Shown in pieces: positions 29,021 to 43,064 of a stretch of DNA of 64,000 nt (position 1 is the first letter of the stretch; each line of letters begins with the position of its first letter). Position numbers and translations under genes: made by a program. The stretch covers positions 71,176,001-71,240,000 of the forward strand of contig OZ024747.1 of the NCBI GenBank assembly GCA_964016885.1, in the 5' to 3' direction. The notes beneath the pieces are model-generated. The model saw only the letters and a program-made list of their open reading frames with translations. It did not search any database and was not told where the DNA came from. Source of the stretch: Eledone cirrhosa (lineage: Eukaryota).

Positions 29021-30569
29021 GTGTGTGTGCGTGTGTGTGTGTGTGTATTAGGTTCTGAGATCAAATTCAGCTGAGGTTCACTTTGATTTTCAGTTTTCCA
29101 GAATCGATAAAATAATGCCACAATGCAACAATCAAGTTTATATAAACTGTTCTCTCACGTCAGAATTGCTGGCCTTGTGCCTATCATAGTAATCGCTATC
29201 AAGAAAATATATTGAAAATTCCTAGCTCTTTGCTCTATTTGTACAACACAAATTAAAATATCCTCCAAACCGATGCAAATGCATGGTCATCAAACCTGCC
29301 CTAATTTTTCACAAAGACCATATAGATTACGACCTAATCGCCTAAACTAAGCTTTTTCCCCTAGTCCAGAAAATACTTTATATCTAAGTACTTAGAAATC
29401 CCCGTCTAAATTCAAATGAAACACAAATATCTTATATTGCTTATCAGATGTTCTGGTGATTTCACTCAAATCGCTACACCAACATGATACAACCATTAGC
29501 CCACTTTCAAACATTGTGTGAACTCTCTCTCTCTCTTTTACTCCCTCTCCCCCTCGTTGTCTCATACATATATGTAACTATGTTAGAAACCGACTCTCTC
29601 TATTGGCAAAGATTTGTGAAATTATAAAACCAGAAGAACATACATACATATTCTTCCACTGCTTCTCAATCTCTACACTCTACTATTTTTACTACAACAG
29701 TTACAGGTGCTCTAGACAATAAAGCCATGTACCACTTTCACCCTGGTTCATGCACTATATTAATTCATCATAACCCTGTACTAAATATTTACTACCAGCC
29801 CTGCCTACCCATTGTATTTGAAACTACCTACATACAATCTATTTATAAACAAAACTGGACATCGTTCACATCAGTGGTATAGGATGGTCTGGTAGAACTA
29901 TGTAAACTATACTTTTTACTTGGAATAAAGAAAATAAATAATTCTTATCTATATTCAATAGTCTTTACAACCTTTCTGCAAAAATTAGTAATTTCCCTTG
30001 TCGTAATGACTATTGATGGCTGGAGGATATGAGTTATTTATAATTTTGTCCATAGTATCGCCGCCGCCACCAAAACAAAGATTCTTCTTCTCTACATAGG
30101 AATACTGTATCTGTGTGAATTTACATCCTCATTCGCCCTAAAATGCAAATAGCACAAGAAAGCCTCACTTGGGAGTTTAATGCTATTTTATTTCGAATTA
30201 CGTGTAAAGTACTAGTTTGAAATACTCGTTTACGCTATTTTTCAATTTACTTACGGAGGTGTTCGATTTTTTTTATGGAGAACTAAATAGAATATTGTGA
30301 TTACCATCGTTTTCCCAATAGCATTTGCGTCGAAAATAAAGTAAGTGGGGTTTTAATGAGGAATCTAATAGATTTAGCAAAAGTGATTCACAAACTTGCT
30401 ACACTTTTCATAACCGTTTAAAATACGAGCCAATGTGGAAGGCGCATCTACATACTATATAACCTGCTTGAAGTAAAATATCACTCAAATTATACTCGGC
30501 AATCTTAAAAAAAAATAAGATACACTAGATAATCTAAGAATAAAGAGACTATGCCACACAAACAATAAT

Positions 30570-30785
30570 GATTTCTAGTATAGGCAGAAGGCCAGTAATT
30601 TGGGGGAAGGAGAAAGTCGATTAAATCGACCTCAGTACGTTGCTGGTGCTTTATTTTATCGACCACGTAAGGATGAAAGGCAAAGTTAACCTCGACGGGA
30701 TTTGAACCCAGACCGTAAAGGACCGTAATTAAATGCTGTAAAGTATGGTGCCTGACTCTCTACCGATACTGTCAATCCATCGCCC
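30570..30785 (-). mobile_element. SINE
   Basis: GGATGAAAGGCAAAGTTAACCTCG..GGATTTGAAC is the reverse complement of the core and B box. Confidence 0.85.
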
Positions 30786-30892
30786 TCTACATAAACAATA
30801 ATAAGAAAAGGATAGAAAGCATTTGATTTTAGGTCTGCTGGAGCAGCGTTGATCAGATTTAAACAATAACAACAAAGCAAATTCTAATGTTA

Positions 30893-31100
30893 GGGTGATA
30901 AATTGGCAGAATTGGTAGAGCATCGGATAATTTATCATAGCGGTATTTGTTCTTGCTCTTTGCTTTCTGAGTTCAAATCCCGCCAAGGTCACCTTTGCTT
31001 TTGCTACTGCTGGTTTGATAAAGTAGAATAGCAGTTGATTTAATCATTTCTGCTTTTTTCTCCGAAAGACTTTACGGGCCTTTGCGTGAATTTGAAATTA
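30893..31100 (+). mobile_element. SINE
   Basis: TTGGCAGAATTGGTAG...GAGTTCAAATCCCGCC. Confidence 0.8.
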
Positions 31101-32783
31101 TTGGTACAAAGCCACACATCATTGAGAAGGGGTTTAACCGATTAAATCTATGCTTATATTATTGGGACTATTTTTTTATCATCCCTGGAATTTTGAAAGG
31201 AAAAGTTGGTCCCGAAGAAATTTGAAATATAATCGTTTGGAATATTGAAAAAGTATTTTGAAAGTAAATATTTCAAATTTGTTTTTGTCTTCATCGATAT
31301 TGATTTGTGTTTCATTAGGGAATATTAGGACGTTAAGATAGATTCTCAAATATGTCAAAGAGTCAGTTGAACAACTTCTATCAATCACCATTGTTTCAGA
31401 GGAAATTCCCTTCAGTGGTGTTTAAAAGCTAAAAACATGTTTCGAAAACATTTCTAATAATATGTGTTAATAGATATTTTTCGATACTTAAACGAAATGT
31501 TTCCGAAAGTTTCAACCAATTCATTTATTTCTCTTGCTTGTGGTTTTTATATTTTGAACATCCCAGAGAGAGTAGCTTCATGGATTATTTCAATTAAAGA
31601 AGGTTTTCAAATTTTAAGATGGCATGGTATGTTGTTTAGGTGGTTTGGCTGTTGCTTCCAGCACATTTAGTGACCACGCGGAGACGCCTTTCAGAGTAAT
31701 CCTACTTGGTGATAGAAAAAATACACAAACTTGTTTATATAATGCAAACTTCCAATCTTTCAACCGTCTTTAAGATATTCTATGAATTCAGTCCACTACG
31801 ATTCACATTATAGCAACTACCTATGAATAAATCATATACTTTTCTTAGCAATAGCATGTTTGTGAAAGGAGGAATAATCACATCAATAATTCTGAACGTA
31901 ACTGTTTTCATTTAAAGACCAAAATGTCAAGAGAATATTGCAATTATTGACAATAAAAAAAGGGCAAGAATTTGAATTTCATTTACTACTATAAAAACGT
32001 AGAGTGTACACTGTTGGAAAACGAGTTAAATTGTCGCCAAAATATAATAAGGAAAGTCAATGGAAAAGCAGATGCATGAAGACAATCGACATAATAGACA
32101 ATTGACGCAATGCTTAGAACTTCAGTTCACGTCTGTATCTGTAGTCATCAATGTATCTGATTACGTAATGAAAGGCCTACCTGCTAACTACGTGAAGTTA
32201 GATTTCTAAATAAGTGAACAAAGAAGAATAGATTTATTTTTAAAATTCGATCGAGCAAGCTAAAACTTCTGAAGATGTGGGAGGCATTTAAGAAGTACAG
32301 TATTCCATTAAAGCTCTGATTTGATTGTTGTATAAATTCTAATAAAAGAAATTTTGTCACAGCCTTTATCTCTGAGGTTCTTGTGGAAAAATAAATATTA
32401 ATGAGATCATCGTGCTTATATTTAAATGTCTTTGACAGCAGAAGAGATATTGAGTGGAAGCAAGATTAGTACGTGTGCTCGTCCGTACAGGTTCTGGTGA
32501 CTGTTATAATGAATATAAAATTTCCCTTCAATGAGATGCAGTCAGCACACATACACACGCACAAACTGCATAACATCAACTGAAAGACAAAATTCTGCAC
32601 AATTTGAATACATATTTACACACTCCGAAAATGCCGCGCACCGAATCATACAAAATATATATATACATGGATACATAAATATAAAACAACGCGCGCGCTG
32701 ACATACATTCGCGTACACACACAAACACACACACACATATACACTTACACACAAACACATACACACACACACACACACACATA

Positions 32784-32851
<68 letters not shown>

Positions 32852-32869
32852 TTGCGTTAATATTTTATC

Positions 32870-33500
32870 ATTTATCTATTCCAGCCGGCAGACTGAGGCC
32901 ATGCTGGACTACCGCTATTCTTGCTACATTTTCTATAGCCATCATTCCTTAAGTGACCATTGATCCATGAGTGAAGTTGACACTGGCACCCTCATTTGTG
33001 CTTCTTGGCATGATGTGGACGAATCTGCGATCTTAGCAGAATGTTGAGATGCTTCTTGAAAGTATCTGTAATTTATTCCATGTAGATATCTCGTGTTTTA
33101 TTGGCACCATATTCAAGAACTAGGAATTCTTGAAACCCAATCTATTGCAATATCTAGGCCTTAAATTAGATGTGAAGAATGGTACCTTTGGCACTACACA
33201 GTAACGTCATGTTCGTGGGTTGGTCCAAACCAATGCCAAAGTTTGGTACTAGCCTTTCCCTGATCTTCCATATGTCTATCACTGCCTATCTCTCTCAACC
33301 TTACTTCAGGGAATAGAGTTTTTGATTCTTTCAGCTTCTCCCAGTAACTCATCTCTTTTATTGCGGCAATATTTTTTTGTTCTACCCTCATTGGATTGCT
33401 TCAAATTCGGCAGTTAATTTGACATTGTGAGGTAACCATAGCTCGGAGCAATAATCCAGGCAGTTGAAGATAAATATCCCCCAGAGGTCTAATATAATTT
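32870..33500 (-). mobile_element. CR1-group LINE 3' fragment (decayed)
   Basis: LDYCSELWLPH..EFEAIQ..EMSYWEKLKE..YCNRLGFK motifs across frameshifts. Confidence 0.75.
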
Positions 33501-33599
33501 CATCTCATTTTATTTTATGTTGATCGTAGGTACGCCGTAGTCAAAAACAGTGCTGCTTATCCATTTATAACCTAGCGAAGAACATTACCTACCCAGGTT

Positions 33600-33770
33600 T
33601 GAAAAGGAAATGGGAAAGAGTTATAGACGAATCGTCCCCTGTACTGGGCTGGTATTTTTATTGACCTCGAAAAGATGAAAGGCAAAGTTGACCTTTGCAG
33701 CATTTGAACTCAGAGGACAAAAAGCCATGAATTCTATTCGCAGCCTTATATATACCATAGCAATCGTTAA
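33600..33770 (-). mobile_element. SINE (diverged)
   Basis: GATGAAAGGCAAAGTTGACC..ATTTGAACTCAG. Confidence 0.7.
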
Positions 33771-36700
33771 CACGAATGAGAAAAATAATTAAATGAAACT
33801 TAATTTATAAGGAAAGTAAAAGTCTTTTGTTATGGAATTTAATTCAACTGATATCTAATATTTTCAAGCTTTTATTTTTGTTTTTCCTCACACCATGATC
33901 GATAAAATATATAACAGTAATATAATGGGGGAAAAATCAAATGGTTATGAATAAGCTTCTTGAAAAAGGTTCTCCAAAAATTACATTTTTTTTTCGTGTT
34001 GAATTTAAGAATATTTTTATGAGTTTCACATCTAACAATCTTACTTTAGTTTCTCCCTTTTAAATCATATCTTTAAACATATTCAGATAATCTTTTAATC
34101 TCTTGAAACAAGATATTTTTGTGCTTTTACGAACACAAATTCATGATAAAGTGAGGATTGAGAATATTTTGTTTTGGATCATTTTTCTCACCTACATATG
34201 CACCAGTGCACAAAGAAGAGATACGTTTAAATGGGTGTTTGAAATTTGGAGTGGGTTTAGAGCATTTTCAACATTTTAAACTTAATAACAATAACAGAAC
34301 TTTATATTTAAAAAAAAAGATTTAAAATACCAAAGTCACAAACCTGTCAATTCTTTTTAAAAAAACTAGAATTATCTTTCGAGGTAATTTGCCTGGTATT
34401 TCTAGCTGGTCTAGTGACCGTATAGAGAATCCACCGGAATGGAAATATTTTAACTATAGATAGCAAGATGAGAAGGAGAGAAAATATGATGCTGTAAGAA
34501 ATATAGTGTGGTAGAGATATAGTATGATAAAAAGTTTAGAGAACAGCAGAAGGATGAGAGAAACTGAAAAAGAAGAAAGTGGATTAAGTATAAAGGAGAA
34601 AGACAGAAATAAATATACTCATTAAAGCCATCTTGTTCTTGTTGCTGCTAATTTATATTGGCCTATCTATAATTGTTTGAATAGAAGTATATGGATGGTA
34701 TGTGGTATACGTTTATTCACAAGATGGGCATTAAGAATTAACTTGAAATGTTGAAATGATAAAGAAACTAGATGCAAGCATCACAACAAGAAAATTATTG
34801 AAACTAATTTAATTTTCCCGTTGCTGTGTGTCTATTAGTACTTGATAAACCATTGCTCATTTAGTTACTGATAGATATTATGTGGTTCAACTAAGCTGGA
34901 AATTAGCTCATAAAACTAACTTGCAAGCCTTGCCTTCTTGAATTAAATCATTATAAAATTAGCAAACGATCATTTCAGAGGAATGCATATTTAAAAGAAT
35001 TGTGGTGGCGTCAGTGTGCCACACCCCAGCTTTCTTGGCTACACCAACAGCGTTAGAAGCTAGCAGCTATTCTCGGTTGACTGATTCGGAAATGTTTCCA
35101 GCATACGCTTCACAGTACTACTAGTCGAGAATTAAAAATTCTGCAGGAAGCTCTCCCTCTTTCTCTCTCCAACACACTCTTAATCTGTGTATTGCTCTGA
35201 ATTTCCCTCTCCTTGTCTTTCACATCTCACTCTTACATTTTCATCAGTAATTTCTCTCTGTTGGAATAAGATAAGTGGAACTGACTGAGAAACATTATCT
35301 GAGAAGTAAATTCAGCAAATGAATCGTGTGTTTCTTGTCAACAAACACGCCGTAAAACTTCATGCTATGTAATCTTATGACAGTGAATTCACTGACTTAA
35401 GAAATGTGCTCAATACATATGGATGTGCCAGAGTTATTCTTCCATCACTCTTCTTTCCATGTACGATACCTTTGAATTCAGCGTTGTCATCTGATTTATG
35501 GTTCCTGCAGATTCAAACCGATAGCCCGTTTCAAAACCAACCGGCAACTATATACAGATTCAACAAAATATTTCACAGACCGAAGAATTACAAGTATAAT
35601 AGAAAATTTATAATTCGATTAGAGTGAAATTTATTTGGACATAGCTTGTTTCCGGTATTAGGCTGTTAGTTTCGTGCTTGAACTTCTTGTGAGTTCAATG
35701 GTTTAATTGTCTGTTAACAGATAAAGGAATGTAACTGAGGAATACTAACAGATCCTCTTTAAACGAAATGTTTTCATTTTTAACTGATGCACACAGATGA
35801 GGATAGGAAGGAGGTAGTGGTAAGGTGGGGGTTCGGGTTGTAGAGACAACCTTACGATCGATGTAAACTGGAGATGATTACAAATGCAGAAGTTTGTAGC
35901 TTGTTCAAAGGCATTAAAGGATAGTAAAACATAGTAAGAAGCATCGTGTATAGTTAGTGCGTATGTATGTAATGTTTTTGCACGTATGTATGTGTGTGCA
36001 TGTGTTTGCGGGTATGTATGTGTGTGTATGTACATAAGTATGTACATATGTATGTACGTATGTACGTACGTATGTATGTGTGTATGTACGTACGTATATA
36101 CATGTGTGTACGTACGTATGTATGTATATATGTATATATGTACGTATGTATGTATGTACGTACGTATATGCGTATGTATGTACGTATGTATGTATGTACG
36201 TATGTAGGTAGGTAGGTATGTAGGTAGGTAGGTTGGTAGGTAGGTAAGTATAAGCGTGGGAAAAGAATTTTCAGACAACTAGAACTATGTATACAGTTTC
36301 TCACATGTATCAACTTGAGAGCACATCACCAGTGATGTTAGCTGGGTTATATTATGTTTCGAGTCTTTCAACAATCAGACATCCTTACATTGGTCATGGC
36401 ACCAGTGATAGTACTCCTCACTCCAGGCCGTTGTAGACCCTGCAGGAAAACTGGCCTGAAAACTCTCTCCACACCCCCATCAAATGGCTCATCGCTCACT
36501 ACCAGTATGTTAAAGCATAATTCATCCAGTTCAAAATATTTGTCCAAATATTTTCTCAAATCTTCTCTTTACTTCTCGGTTCCGTCTTCATATGGAGTTC
36601 TAATAAAATTACCTTATTTTAGACTTCTGATATCAGTAAGGTGTCTAACACTAAAAACATTTTGGCAACACTTTTTGAAAAGTTCAGCTCCCAATTCTGT

Positions 36701-36799
36701 GCCGCTGCTATCATATCTGAACCTTGTAGTTGATCTTAGCTTCTTCACTAGCTTGCAAGTGAAGGTTTTAAGTAGTGTAACACAGTGTCTAAATAATGG

Positions 36800-36990
36800 T
36801 TTCTGATTTAGGCACAAGCCCAACAAGGGGGAAAGTCAATTAAATTTACTCTGGTGCATTACTGGTACTTTATTTCATTGACCCCATAAGGATGAAAGGC
36901 AAAGCTAACCTCGGAGTGATTTGAACTCAGAAATTGAAGGGATGTAACTCTATGCCAGGAAGCATTGTGTCCGACGCTCTAACGATACTA
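36800..36990 (-). mobile_element. SINE
   Basis: Reverse-complement tail, core and B box. Confidence 0.8.
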
Positions 36991-38029
36991 CAGTTTCAAT
37001 AATAAAAAAAACAGTTTCATACTGAAATTACAACAATATTGTTAGTATGTATAATATTGGTATTACATGTGATATTAAGCCTCTATTATATGAGAATAGT
37101 GGATGAGTAATAAAAACGAGTATATATAAAGTAGCCATTACATATAAACTGATTATATGTCTAATATACAGTGGCAATGATACAGTCATTGATCGATCGG
37201 GTTAGGGTTATTGGGTCAGATCTATCCGAGTTTCAACAGGCTCCTCCCTCCCCCCTCCTCCTCCTCCTCCTCCTCATCATCATCATCATCTTCCTCCTTT
37301 ACTTGTTTCAATGTATTCTTTGTCAGTAGTAGTATCCACATCTCCTCCTTTTACCACGGGCCTTAAAAGGAATCAAATAGACTTAATGGAATATGTCTAG
37401 ATAAGAATAGTTAATATAATAATTTTCTTTCGTGCTTCTAAGATCTAGAAGTTAAATGCAATTACTAATTTTGGGTCTTAAATATATTTATAATTATTTC
37501 ATTCGGTATACAATCTAGGGTTTGAACATTCGTATTACCTTTCCAACAGTTCCTGGTGAAGTAGTTTGTATGTTATTATTTTTTTTTGTCGTTGTTTGTT
37601 TTATATATTTTCCTAAGGAAGTTGGTTTTCAAATATTCTGTCGCAATTTTGATTCTTCTTTTAATAAATCCCATTTTATGAAAGACTTTACATAGTTATC
37701 GTATATAATTCATGGATCATTTTTCATTTGTATTTTTCACGTAAATTCTAGTGAACTTTCCATGGAAACTTGATATGCATTATTTTGTAATTTACCTACG
37801 TTAACTTACTGCATTTACTTTCATTAATTTTTTCACATTCGACTGGACATTTAGTATAAACAGTTCTACTCCTATAATGGAATAAATCAGTGTGCTGTGA
37901 CAGAATTTATGTAGATTTTGTCAATGCCTTTTCTTGAGTTACAAAATTTAATGCTTCTTAAGGCTGATTATATTTTCTTTCGTTACCATAATTTATTCAC
38001 TTTCACTCATTCTTCTAAACCCATGAAGG

Positions 38030-38600
38030 AGACTATGTGACCGCTCGCCCTGCTACAAATAACAGTCAAATTTTTAAAAAATGAAGGACTACATTAGACA
38101 ATGTAGTCCTTAATATGCAGCAGAAAATAAGATAGTCATGGCTGGAGCTCATTTGTTCCCAACAAGCCTACTTGATTAAAGCTGAGATGGGCCCAAGCAA
38201 CAACACCAACTACTATTATTATTAGTGAATTGGCAGTATCGTTAGAGGGTCGGACGCCATGTTTTCCAGCATAGTTACGTCCCTTTACGATCTGAGTTCA
38301 AATCCCGCCGAAGTTAACTTTGCCTTTCATCCTTACGGGGTCGATAAAATAAAATACCAGTAATGCACTCTGGGTAATTGCTGGCCTTGTGCCTAAAGTA
38401 GAAACAATTATTATTACTACTGTTCATAATTCGAGCAAACGAGGTGGTTTCTACATGCTGGTCCGACTTGCTAAAAATAGCATCCAAATCTTCAACAAAT
38501 CACACTCTGCCATCTTAAAAAATAAAGGAGAAAAACACATGACAATGTAGTTTTATATATACTAAAAAGACGACATAGACACAACTGGACCATAGTTCTT
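38030..38600 (+). repeat. Dispersed 'CTGCTAGAAATAGCAGCCAAATC' repeat family, two copies around a SINE (others at ~9140, 9580, 21170-21320(-), 30460, 31610-31690(-), 34385(-), 57570, 63090)
   Basis: Recurring GACCTGCTAGAAATAGCAGCCAAATC..CAAATCACAC..CCATCTTAAAAA motif. Confidence 0.65.
38223..38410 (+). mobile_element. SINE (short-tail subfamily)
   Basis: Closely similar to the 1737 and 42211 copies. Confidence 0.85.
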
Positions 38601-40304
38601 CTGATTCAGAGTCGATTTCTATTTTAGATTCCTTATGCTCTCTCTCTCAAAGCAGCAAAGTTGTTTGGAAATCGAATAGATAAATTTGCAATATTTGTTC
38701 TGGCTCTCCCTACCCTGAATTCGGCTTCCACCAGGTCAATATATATATTTCCATAATGTTTACCCTGTTATATCTGCATATATACATCGTTTTGATTAAT
38801 AGGGAACAATCAGAAAAATTGTGATTGATTCTCTTTCTGTACAGACTTCGTACGTTCTGAATTTACTTTCTCTACTCTTTGTTGTGTGTTTTTAATAATT
38901 TCTTTAATAGTAGAGTTAGTAATTTCGGATTGAATTTATATATTTTGCACAATGTTGAAAAGATACTGAAGAAAAAGTGAATTAAATCTGTTGCTTAGCC
39001 GCAATTAAATTGCTTTGGCAATAACCCGAACTCTCAGTCTTGTTACTTGCAAACATATATTGAGGTAGCTGTGTAGAACTAGAATATTTCATATTTACCC
39101 TGCTTTTTTATATCATTGGTTTGTAGTGGGTGGTTAATCAGCGACTAATTTAATCAGTTTGATCAGAATTTATTGATCATAATATATTGATCACTTTGGA
39201 TATAAGATGAAATTTAAATCTGTCTAAATACAAAAGTGATTGGCATAAAGACGAGGAAAACCTCGAAAATCCGTGTGTTAATCGGCTAACTGTATGTCTT
39301 GGTGGCAGCCCAGTTTCTCTGAACCGTCTGTTGAGTGACAAAGGTCATTTATATCGGTAGAAATTGAAGAAGCCATATTAGCTTACTTTCATACGAACTG
39401 CTTCAGATTGTAAGTTTTCTGATGATTCATTGCAGTAGAAAAGTTGTACGACAAATCTGTGCTGGAACTTTAATAAACTGCTTTACTATCATTCTCAATC
39501 ATTCACCGTTTTCTTTATTTCGGTTCATTTTTCATTTTACTTCAGCTAAAACAATGCAAAAATATCTCTCGGAAAATCAATGTTTAGCCTCAATCTTGCT
39601 ACCATAGAATATGGTTTTAGAGATTAAGAATGAATTCTTTTCAGATTTAAGAAATATACACGATATTAACTGATAACCTAGGTTAGCTAAGCATAGATAA
39701 TCGTTTTAGCTGTCTTTATATGAAGTCATTTTTAATCCTTTCCATACTAAAATTGTCGCTGAAAGAGATATTCTCTCAATATACATGGATTATATTAGTG
39801 ACATTGAGAAAGTTGATAGTGACGTGCGATAGATATATAGAGATAAATAGATAGATATATAGATAGATATATTGAGAGAGAAAGAGAGAGGGGTGGAGTA
39901 AATGAGAGCTAGAGCAAAAGAATTCAAAATAAGAGAAATAAGAATAAGTAAGATGGTGAGATAAACTGGACAATGTATGCTTTTGAAGAGAATCTATAAA
40001 TTAATAGAATAAGTTGGAGTGAAAATAAGAATAGTGAGTGGGACTACTTTCAGTTTGTGTCTGTAGATCGAACAACGATAGTGGTAAGAAGGCATTCACC
40101 CCTGGTGGTCAAGGCGATTGTGGATCTATAGGGTGCCATGTATACCCAACGTTTATGCTATGTATACTATGTCTCCATTTTTGAGGAGAGTTTTCCAATT
40201 TCTATGTAAACCCCACCTTAATATTGTAACCTGTCTTTATATTATCGCCTCCATCTGATGCCCATGTGGTAAATAAAGGGACATCATCATTATTATATAT
40301 ATTA

Positions 40305-40505
40305 GGTCGGTGGATTGGCAGAATCGGTAGAGGGTCGGACAAAATGCTTCGCGGCATAGGGTTACGGCTCTTTACGTTCTGAGTTCAAATCCTGAGAAGG
40401 TTAGCTTTGCCTTTCATCCTTATGGTGTCGATGAAATAAAGTACCAGTAATGCACTGGGATCGATTTAATCGACTTTCTTCCCCCCCCCCCCATTACTGG
40501 CCCTG
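40305..40505 (+). mobile_element. SINE followed by (ATT)n
   Basis: Complete head, core and long tail. Confidence 0.85.
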
Positions 40506-40549
<44 letters not shown>

Positions 40550-40649
40550 AGCAGAAAGAAAAACAACAGACATAGGGAAAAACATCCTGGAGTTCTTCCA
40601 ACAAACCGTTCCCTCTCATTTTCTCTTTCCATCAAAAACACACATAGAC

Positions 40650-41030
40650 ACTAACACAAGCAGAAATATACTCCCACCCGTATCCCAGATGATTCTGCAG
40701 ACATCGATATATTCTCACCCAGAAGTGAAGATGAGAGGGACACCAAAAACTAAAGAAAACACAAAACAAAACCATCTTCCTTACACCAAGACACGGCGGA
40801 TAAAACAGAACACATTCTCAGTAATTGCAGACCCACTAAGATGAAGATAATTCCAAATATCATTAGAACTTCGAACTCGATACCACTCAAATTGATAGGG
40901 TATCTTGAGTAAATAAACCTCGAATCAGAAATTGCCCTCCTTCAAAAATTTGACACTGCACATATGCTGAGGAAAATGATATCTGTATAAAGTCCTTGTT
41001 GAGACAACTCAGAATTTAAAAGGTTTTGGA
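40650..41030 (+). mobile_element. Decayed REL-LINE (R4/Dong-like) 3' end
   Basis: Ends in LLQK..TAHMLRKMISV*, typical of these C-termini. Confidence 0.4.
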
Positions 41031-41574
41031 ATTGTCATATTTACTGTGCAAACCATCAATAACAGTTATTATTTCATCATTTATGATTTATATTAAAATT
41101 ATATCTTTAATCACAAGGCGCGGCTTTATTAATAAATTTTTCCTTTCACCACCTGTAAGCCATGTACTAGAAACACTCTCATACGACCCCCACCCCCCTT
41201 GCTCTCTCACTCACTTGATCTGGCATATACAAAAGAACACCAAATAAGTTACAGCTCTCTGTGTTTTAGATCCCATTATAATGTTGAAGCTATTTTAAAG
41301 TTAATTACTTTAAATTTGTGAAATTAATTTGCTGGGTGAAACTCAATAATCATAATATATTTATTTACATGAGCCCAAATAGCTCTTTCTATCTCATACT
41401 ATATTTTAAATATAATTTATGGACTAGCATTTATATATTTTAAACAATGTCTTCTTTTGAATTTTCCCCCCCAACATGTCTTCCACCATTCTGATGTCTT
41501 AACATATCTCTCGCAGTCATATTTCTCTTTAGGTTTAAACCTGATCTTTGGCTTACTTCAGAGACACATTATAA

Positions 41575-41930
41575 TTCCCAGTTTGCCGCAGATGTTGTTT
41601 TTTTTGTGTGTGTGTGTATGTGTGTATAGAAAGGTCCTCATTGTTCATCCGTAAAATATGCCCTAACCAACACATTTGACTGGTGGTGATCTGTGATCCA
41701 ATAATGTCAATTGTTTAGTGTCACTCCGTGTACACTCTGGTGTTAAGTTCTGACGTTTCATAATGAGTGCGCGTCATATTCTCAAGCAGCTTGAGCCGTC
41801 GTCTATAGATGGACCGCTATAATACATGTCTGATACACATTGAACGTAGTTCGAATGGTAATGCCATCCTATCTTCCAGCTTGCTAAAGGCAATCGATGT
41901 CTTTTGAATAGGTGAGTGAAATTCAGGATA
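41575..41930 (-). mobile_element. Decayed LINE fragment (RTE-like)
   Basis: Remnants such as ...RRLKLL..., WLGHILRMN in broken frames. Confidence 0.35.
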
Positions 41931-42089
41931 CTCCCAAATTATAAAAATGTATCATTCACGTAGACGTTTGATTCGTTACACGATTCAAAGAACATTACAT
42001 TTGTCTTCTTCAAGCATAATATGCGTATAAATAGAGCTCGAGTGGTTGAAAATTGAGCCGTTTTACTTCGTGTGAGCAACAAACTTAGT

Positions 42090-42433
42090 GTTAAATTATG
42101 GTGTGCTTTCATCAGATAAAATATAATATAGAGCAGTTTTATAAATAAATATTGGCATACCCTTAAAGAATGCAACGATTACTGTTGGAAGCTCCCGGGA
42201 GCTGATGGAAGGGCGGTGAATTGGCAGTATCGGTAGAGGGTTGGACGCCATGCTTTCTAGCATAGTTACGTCCCTTTACGGTTTGAGTTCAAATCCCGCT
42301 GAGGTTAACTTTGCCTTTCATCCTTACGGGGTCGATAAAATAAAGTACCAGTAATGTACTGGGTAATTGCTGGCCTTGTGCCTAAAGAAGAAACAATTAT
42401 ATTTTATCTGATGAAAGCACACCATAATTTAAC
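42090..42433. repeat. 38-bp perfect inverted repeat bracketing a SINE
   Basis: GTTAAATTATGGTGTGCTTTCATCAGATAAAATATAAT (42090-42127) versus its reverse complement at 42396-42433. Confidence 0.93.
42211..42397 (+). mobile_element. SINE (short-tail subfamily)
   Basis: GGCGGTGAATTGGCAGTATCGGTAG...TGCTGGCCTTGTGCCTAAAG. Confidence 0.88.
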
Positions 42434-42457
42434 TTGGTATCCTTGAAATATGTATAA
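42404..42457 (+). ncRNA. Degenerate hammerhead ribozyme
   Basis: TTAT-CTGATGA-AAG..ACCA/TGGT..CTT-GAAA-TATGT-ATAA. Stem I pairs only if the cleavage nucleotide is absent. Followed by AATAAA and (TA)n. Confidence 0.5.
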
Positions 42458-42837
42458 TGAAATAAATATGGTTTTATAAATATAGTTTCCATTTGTTAAT
42501 ATCGTATATATATAATATATATATATATATAATAGGTTACAGTATCATAAAAGAGGATAGAAAGAAGAGATATAAAGATATAATGTGTGTGTGTGTGTGT
42601 CATACATTTATATACCTACACACATATATATATATATATACCTATATATATATACATATATATTATACATTTATATACCTACATACGTATATATACCTAT
42701 ATATATATATATATTATACATTTATATACCTACATACGTATATATACCTATATATATATATATATATATATATTATACATTTATATACCTACATATATAT
42801 ATATACGAGATATATATATATACCTATATATATATAG

Positions 42838-42867
<30 letters not shown>

Positions 42868-42868
<1 letters not shown>

Positions 42869-43016
42869 GTTTAAGATGGTAATATGGACGAAACAAGAGA
42901 AGGCCCCCTTCGTCAGCTGTTGACTGCAGATCATAGATTTGAAACATCTATGATCTGCAGTTAACAGCTGACGAAGGGGTCCTTCTCTTGTTTCGTCCAT
43001 ATTACCATCTTAAACT
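42868..43016. repeat. Palindrome, 71-bp arms, 7-nt loop
   Basis: AGTTTAAGATGG...CATAGAT ttgaaac ATCTATG...CCATCTTAAACT with 2 differences; abuts (TA)n. Confidence 0.97.
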
Positions 43017-43064
43017 TTGTTTACAGTAACTACACAGCTCGCTTCGTTTCTTATATATATATAA

